Assembly: GCF_018350175.1 (NCBI RefSeq)
Contig: NC_058382.1
Span: forward strand, 8,618,001-8,682,000
DNA: 64,000 nt
Reading direction: 5' to 3'
DNA from: Felis catus
Lineage: Eukaryota
The position numbers and the translations under genes are program-made. Each line of letters starts with the position of its first letter. The stretch's first letter is position 1. The notes under the pieces are model-generated. The model did not search any database and was not told the origin of the DNA. It worked only from the letters and a program-made list of their open reading frames with translations. This document shows positions 57,601 through 64,000 of the stretch, in pieces.

Positions 57601-60600
57601 GCAGCGGGGGCCAAGGTGGTGAGCAAATCGCATCCAAACACTGCTCTCTTAGAGCAGCTGTGAACCCACAGCGTAGAGATGGAGATGATCTTCAAATCTC
57701 CCCTGCAGACCAAAGCGACCAACCTGTAGCAGGACTCGGGGCTTTCAGCGCACAAGGCGACTTGACCCGAGCAAGGAAGTCACGAAAGGCTTCCTTGAGA
57801 AGTGACAGCTGAACAGGGATACAAAGAGCTGTTACACATAAACCAAGGTGTCATCAGAGACTGGGGGAACAGCCTGGGCCAAAGCCCAATGCCCAGGGAC
57901 GTTCCAGCAAGAACGAGGCATGAGAAGAGGCCGCTGTAGCTCCAGAGGGAAGGAAGCACAGTGCACAACAAGTTCGAAACAGTGGGCAGGAAAGAGACTT
58001 TCATCTTTAAGCTGAGAGCAAAAGGAAGCTGTTAGCAGAAAATGATACAAAGTTGTACTTTAAAAAGACCCAAAGAACTTGGTGGAGACAGGCACGCGGG
58101 TAATCAGACGGTTACTGTGTGTCCAAGCAAGAGAAAACCTGAGTGGTGACACATACGGAGCGAAGGGTCAGATCTGGGACATTCAGAGAGTAACAGGACA
58201 GGTGGTGGTGACGAACCGGAGAAAGGAGTAAAGAAAGTGTTAAAAACAAACTGGGTGGCAACAACAGAGAGCATGACTAGCGAGGCTACACGGCCATGTT
58301 CCAGGGAAGAAAACATCCAAGGAGACCAGGTGGGAAGAGGAAATTCCGAATGCGGTTTGAACACAGGGTCTGAGAAAGGACAGGAAGGCAGCTCTGGTGA
58401 GTCATTGCTCAGAGAGCTCTCGGCTGGTATCAGGCCTTTAGATGCTTGGCATCTGCATAAGAGCCCTGAGGAAACATGCCGCTCCAGGGAATAAGGTCCA
58501 AAATGACACGATTCACCAGCCTCACAGGAGCTGAAAGAAAGACCGAGTCTTCCAACTACAACATCCTTACTCCAACAAGAAAGGGCCACTTGAGACCAAC
58601 ATGACCCTCTGTGAGTCTGGTTAATGACTACGACTATAACGGATCTGTCCTGCAGCCCGGGACACCCAGCTGGTTGTGGGAGTCTCCCTGAGTGCACTCC
58701 CCCGTACAGTGTGCAACCCGAGGTACCAGGCCTCCCTTCCCACCAACCCTGACCCCACGCTGTACTTCTAAATCCTAAACCAAACACAGTGCTTGGCCAA
58801 CTTTGCGGGCTAAAACCCCCACCTTCCCAAATTAGAGTCCTGGGTTGGATTAGCCGGAGAGAAATGCAAGAAGGTTTGAAGAAAAAGAGATGGGAAGAGA
58901 AGAGAGACTTACACATTTTTAGCTCTGTCTCCACTTCCTGCTGTCGCCGCTCAATTTTTTCCCGTCTCTGTCGGGAAAAAGGTGGACAACTGAATGAGGA
59001 AAGAAGTGCCCTGATGTCAGGGAACATCCTGGAGAGAAAATGGCAAAACGACATGTGGCCAAAAGATGAAAATTGCATACCTTCCTCTCCATGCGTTCCT
59101 CTCGGGTTTCTGCTCGAGTTGGGGGAGGGGCATCTCGAGGGTCCTGGAAATAAGAAGACAGGTGACAGGGTGGGAGGGACAGGGGGAAATTGCAAGGGAC
59201 ACCCATCCAGAAAACAACACGTGCCTCAGCCACTCACACACAAACAAGCAAACACGGACAGTTCCCAGGCCAGTGGAGGCAGGGAGTGGCATCAAAACCT
59301 GGTCCACAGACCAGTGCTACCCACAAACTGTTCCCAGTCTGTGACCAGAAAAGTAGACAAATCAGAAGAATTCAGAAACTTCTACAGCAACCTGATAGAG
59401 CAGTTTGATGCCTGCTGATATTAACAACTCGATCTTGGGGCGCCTGGGTGGCTCAGTCGGTTGAGCATCTGACTTCGGCTCAGGTCATGATCTCACAGTC
59501 TGTGAGTTCGAGCCCTGCGTCGGGCTCTGCGCCTGACAGTGTAGAGTCTGCCTGGGACTCTCTCTCTGCCCCTCCCCCGCTCATGCTCTGTCTCTCTCTC
59601 TCTGTCAAAAATAAATAGACATTAAAAAAAAAAACTGAAAACAAAAACAAAAACAAACAACTCGATCTTGGGGCACCTGGATGGCTCAGTCGGTTGAGCA
59701 TCCGACTTCGGCTTAGCTCATGATCTCATGGTTCATGAGTTCTAGCCTCACACTGGGCTCTGTGCTGACACCTCAGAGCTTCAGACTTTGTGTCTCCCTG
59801 TCTCTCTGTCCCTCCCCTGCTTGTGTGTGCGTGCTCTCTCCTCTCAAAAATAAATACGTTCAAAAGATAAACAAATAAAAACTTGATCTTTTATTCTGTG
59901 GTCTTTCTTTAAAGATACGAGAAAAAGCAGAACGATCCCTTCGTGTTTACCAAAAACCCCAATCTGCAAAAGATTTGTCCGTTACCATAGACAGAGATCG
60001 GGACCAGGGCTGATGCCCAAGAAGAGGACAGTGCAGTTCAGAAGCAATGACTGGACCCCTCCTGAGGGCCAGGGCAGTTCCTGAAGATCTCCCCAGCCAC
60101 TCATTAAACGGTAACTGCCACATGGCCACATCATCAAGGACGCCACTGGCCTGTAGCCATCAAATTAGTTTAATTAGCTAATAACACTTCCCAGTACCGG
60201 TTCACCGAGGGCGGCAAATCCTACTAAAGAGCCAACCTCCTGTTATCTCTCCACTAACTTCTGCCCTGCAGCTTCCTCCACCGTCACGGCCCTTTCTTAC
60301 TTGAGGCCAGACCTTCCCGCTTCTGGCTTCTGGCTGTGTGCCAGCATTTCTCAGGTGTGTTCTGATGCACCTTAGAAGGTGGATGTTGTCGGGCCAGTTT
60401 TACCAACGACAAAAACAGAGGCCCAGGTTACGTATTTGTGTTCTCCCTGCAGTTGCACAGCCGACATCCTCAAGCCCACACCAACATCATCCTATTAACA
60501 ACAAAACCGGTCAACGCAGTAACACCGACGTTTTGCTGACTGGTTGGTGCCCAGCCCTGTAATAAGTGTCGCGGTTAATTCCCCACCAACACTATGAGGA

Positions 60601-61064
60601 CAATACTACTATCCCCTGGCAAAAAATGCAGAAATCAAGTAAGAGAACACCCCATTTGCCCAAGGTCACATGGCTGATAAATGGCGTGCCAAGGACTGCC
60701 TGACCCCAGAACCTGAATCCTCAGCTGCTACTTACTGAATTTTCACAAAAACCCTACAAGGAAGCATTATCAACCCCATTTAAGACAGAGAAGCTGAGAA
60801 TCAGAAAGAGTAAGTCCCCCGCCTAAATCACACAGAAAGCGTCCAGCAACTGGACCCTCCAATCCAGCTCCCCGGCCTCAGAACCCAAACCACTACCAGT
60901 CTGCTCAGCGAACTCACCTCAAACTCTCGGATGTAGGGCGCAATGCCACAGTAAGGTTGATTGTGGTGTTTCTCATGTGGCAGTTTCTCCAAGGGTGGCA
61001 GGTATGGGATAGGGTCACGGGGAGCAAAGAGGGCCAAAAGGTTGGGTGGCAGGAACTGGGTCAT
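45668..61064 (-). CDS. SNRNP70: U1 small nuclear ribonucleoprotein 70 kDa, 438 aa, 9 coding exons
   Basis: Coding exons 60918-61064, 59081-59143, 58913-58967, 54330-54394, 54099-54161, 53356-53437, 50008-50109, 46402-46489, 45668-46319 (1317 nt). [18 protein letters not shown]..., RRM with RNP1 [14 protein letters not shown]-rich tail ending GYLMEAAPE*. Confidence 0.98.
47655..49625 (+). mobile_element. Five Can-SINEs in SNRNP70 intron 8: ~47655-47850, 47877-48100, 48168-48347, 49183-49390, 49409-49625
   Basis: Can-SINE motifs, all antisense to SNRNP70. Confidence 0.85.
53720..53870 (+). mobile_element. MER58A-like hAT DNA transposon remnant
   Basis: taaagggccagacggcagatactt...gtctctgtc...gcagacaacggtaaacaaacgggcttggct. 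Confidence 0.65.
53888..53951. repeat. Perfect 32-bp tandem duplication in SNRNP70 intron 6
   Basis: ctcctgccacccaaaatcccctgcgaggaagt x2. Confidence 0.95.
55690..56100 (-). mobile_element. L2 LINE remnant
   Basis: ggtcaggaaaggcctc...gacatctgactgaagacctgaa motifs. Confidence 0.55.
57035..57197 (-). mobile_element. Can-SINE
   Basis: Reverse-complement head ends gagccacccaggcgcccc. Confidence 0.85.
59437..59880 (+). mobile_element. Two tandem Can-SINEs sharing one target site
   Basis: aacaactcgatctt at 59423 and 59656; aaaaacttgatctt at 59877. Confidence 0.9.
60340..60890 (+). mobile_element. Several MIR remnants
   Basis: ttgcccaaggtcacatggct and cccatttaagacagagaagctgag motifs. Confidence 0.55.
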
Positions 61065-61589
61065 CTTGCCAAGTCTGAGGGAGGAAGGGCGGCCTTCGGT
61101 TAGGGTGACCGGGAGAGTCGAAGCCCCTATAATCCCGGGACTCCCAAGAAGAAAAAGAAAGAGGAGTAAGATCTCAGTATTAAAGCGGGTCCTGGAAGAA
61201 GACGGAATGATCGTATGGCTCACGGCAAAGAACTAAACCTGAACGAGAAATATAAAGTTCACGGGGGAAGGCTGTGAGAGGGCGAGGCAAGGCTGGTAAG
61301 GGCAGCGATGACTGGAAAAGAGTTTACGAGGAGTTAAAGTCTCAGGGTCCCGAGCAAGGAGCCGTGGGGCTGGGAGGTTCCCTGCGAGCGTGTGGATCCC
61401 TCAACGATCCTTACGAGGGAGGCCCAAACCAATGGCGGCTGGTGGTCCCACACCTTGGAGAACAGGTTACGGGGGCGAGAATCACAGGAAGTCTCCGATC
61501 AAGGGAAGAATCTGGTAAGCAACAAGCCCCTCGAGCTGGGGGCTTGTGGGTAATAAATGCAGGCCCCCAAAGGCGAAAGGAATTATGGG

Positions 61590-62410
61590 TAAGGGTCCAG
61601 GGCGCCGCGGAGACGAGGAAGAAAAAAAAGCAACACACCGCAAGGGCCTGTGGGTAAGGGGCCGCGGGAGAGCTGTGGGAAGAGGGTCTCGGTGCCCAGA
61701 GGAGTCTGGGTAAGGGGTCCAGAAAGGTCCTGCGGCGGTGGCGCGGGAAGGGGGCCCGGCCGCGGGGAAAAGGCTAGGGCCCACCGCAGGGGTTTGTGGG
61801 TAGCGGCTCCGCACCCGGTAAGGCCACTCAGTCTCACTCACCCGCCGCGCGGCGCCCTCCTCGGCCTGGAGACGGTCCGGGGGCTCGCGGCGGTTGCGGC
61901 GGCCCCTCAGCAGCAGGGACTCCCGCTCTCGCTTCGACTACGGCGGCGCCCGCGTCGGTCTCCCTCAGTCGCCCGCCCAGCGCGCGCACCAGGCCGCTGC
62001 TCACGAGCCCGCGCGGCCTCGGCTCGCGACAGGGGCAAGGGGTGGAGCCAGCCTCAAATCCCTCCGCCGGCCGCGCTGCGCACGCGCGGCGCGATCCAGA
62101 ACGACCCACACACAGGGACCTGGCGGCGCCGCGGGGACTGCGCACGCGCAAGGTCGCTTCCCCGCCCACGGGCACCTTAAACTCCTTTGCCGCGGCTGGC
62201 TGCAGGCCGCAGTGCGCACGCGGGTACCGCACCAAACCCCAGCCCCCACCACCTTTCGCTTTCGGCTCCAACCGCCTCCGTGCGCCAGACTCCTCGATGC
62301 TCCGCCCCTTTCCCTAACACACTTCCCGGATCTTGTACGCATGCGAATGTTGTGTGTACAACTAAATACCCCTCCGCCGCCTGGCAAAGAGGCAAAGAGT
62401 CCGTACGTGA
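61590..62410. promoter_or_regulatory. SNRNP70 CpG-island promoter with NRF1-type motifs
   Basis: TGCGCACGCGC-like motifs at 62077, 62139 and 62213; GCATGCG near 62339. Confidence 0.8.
61842..61990 (-). other. SNRNP70: SNRNP70 non-coding exon 1 (5' end approximate)
   Basis: Donor GCGG|GTGAGT at 61841 in a CpG island; exon-2 acceptor at 61074 is 10 nt before the ATG. Confidence 0.75.
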
Positions 62411-62647
62411 ATGGTGTTACGTTGATGTCTAACCTGTTAAATCATAACTGTTCATTCAGCGCCTAGTGTAATGCTAGGCGTTGCTTGGGCGCTGAAGATA
62501 CATAGCACGTGACTAAGAGAAAGTCTTTTTCTTCTTGGAGCTTACGTTGTACTGGGGAGATGATAAAGGCATTTAAAAAGAATAAATTGTGGGGGGGGGG
62601 GAGAATAAATTGGGGGTTGTGGCCAACACAATAAAGAAAAATAGGGC

Positions 62648-62778
62648 AGGGGTGCCTGGGTGGCTCAGGTCATGATCTCGGATTTGTGAGTTCGCCCCGC
62701 ATCTGGCTGTGCTAACAGCACAGAGCCCGGAGGCTGATTCAGATTCTGTATTTCCCTCTCAGCTCCCCCCCCGCCCCC

Positions 62779-62830
<52 letters not shown>

Positions 62831-63990
62831 TCAAAAATAAACATGAAAAATTAAAAAAAAAATAGTAATAATCCTGGGGCACCTGGGCGGCTCAGTCTGT
62901 TGAGCTTCTGACTTCCGCTAAGGTCAAGATCTCACAGTTTTGAGAGATGGAGCCCCACATCAGGCTCTCTGCTTGTCAGCCTGTCAGTGCAGAGCCCACT
63001 TCGGATCCTCTGCCCACCCCCCCCACCCGCCCCTCGTACTCTCCCCAAAATAAATATTCTTAAAAAATAGTAATAACCTTTATTCCTCGATCTGCAGACT
63101 GAGCCACTGGGTGATTGATGGTGCTATTTATTTACTTTTATGTTTTTATTTTATTTTTGAGAGAGAGACAGAGCACAAGCAGGGGAGGGGCAGACAGAGG
63201 GGGAGACACAGAATTGGAAGCAGGTTCCAGGCTCTGAGCTGTCAGCACAGAGCCCGATGCTGGGCTTGAACCCACAGACCATGAGATCATGACCTGAGCC
63301 GAAGTCTGACGCTTAACCAACCGAGCCACCCAGGGGCCCCGGTGCTGTTGATTTAGAGAGGGGAGATGTGGGTGGAGGGGGTTATTGAGGAAGATTCACC
63401 TGTTGATCGCAGGTTTGGACATTGCAAAGATGTCTGACCCTCAGGTGCCGTTGTGGCATTGGAATATATGGCAGTCACGGAGAAGTCTGGGGCTGGAACC
63501 CTAGATCTGGGAGTCTTTGGGTTAGAGATGGTATCTGGAGCCATGAGACTGAATGAACTCATGGTTGGTTAAGCGTCCGACTTCAGCTCAGGTCATGGTC
63601 TCACAGTTGATGGATCTGAGCTCCACGCCGGAGCTCACAGTGCGGAGCCTGCAGGGGATTCTCTCTCTCCCTCTCCCTCTTTGCCCCTCCCCCATTCGCA
63701 CTCTCTCAAAATGAATAAACTTAAAAAAAAAAAAACTGATTAAAAAAAAAAAAGTAAGAAGGGCCCCTGGGTGGCTTAGTCGGTTAAGCGTCTGATTCTT
63801 GGTTTCAGCTCAGGTCATGATCTCACAGTTCCTGAGTTCGAGCCCCACAAGGGGCTCGGCACTGACAGTGCGGAACCTGCTTGGGATTCTCTCTCTCCCT
63901 CTCTCTCTCTCGGCCCCTCCCCTGCTCACTCTCTCTGTCTCTCTCAAAGTAAATAAACTTAAACCAATTTATTTAATTAAAAAAAATTTT
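62648..63990. mobile_element. Can-SINE cluster upstream of SNRNP70: ~62648-62860 (+), 62876-63065 (+), 63135-63340 (-), 63563-63750 (+), 63760-63990 (+)
   Basis: Can-SINE motifs. Confidence 0.85.
62781..62828. repeat. (TG)24 microsatellite within a SINE
   Basis: Direct read. Confidence 0.9.
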
Positions 63991-64000
63991 TGTTAAAAAA

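Noticed and set aside
58104-59195. 363-aa minus-strand ORF
   Set aside because: Intron read-through containing only SNRNP70 exon 4 in frame; the rest has no protein-like signature.

Overview
Mammalian genomic DNA from a cat-family carnivore (dense felid-type Can-SINEs), syntenic with human 19q13.33 read in reverse. Left to right: the 5' part of TRPM4 (minus, exons 1-6; the gene continues off the left edge); complete HRC (plus, 6 exons, 877 aa, with an expanded 162-bp coding repeat); complete PPFIA3/liprin-alpha3 (minus, 28 coding exons, 1194 aa, one exon mostly hidden in an N-gap); a disabled counterpart of the human C19orf73 ORF; complete LIN7B (minus, 207 aa); and complete SNRNP70/U1-70K (minus, 438 aa) with its CpG-island promoter. 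Exons were delimited by hand from GT-AG sites and frame continuity. Comparisons with human proteins are from memory, not from a search. There are six N-gaps. I found no new gene system. The best leads are regulatory: a putative U1/TDP-43-sensitive module in SNRNP70 intron 7; a QKI/RBFOX-flanked 27-nt PPFIA3 microexon; a cryptic array of inverted ZNF143-like motif pairs in PPFIA3 intron 7; back-to-back HRC/PPFIA3 poly(A) signals; and a possible in-frame LIN7B-PPFIA3 read-through.
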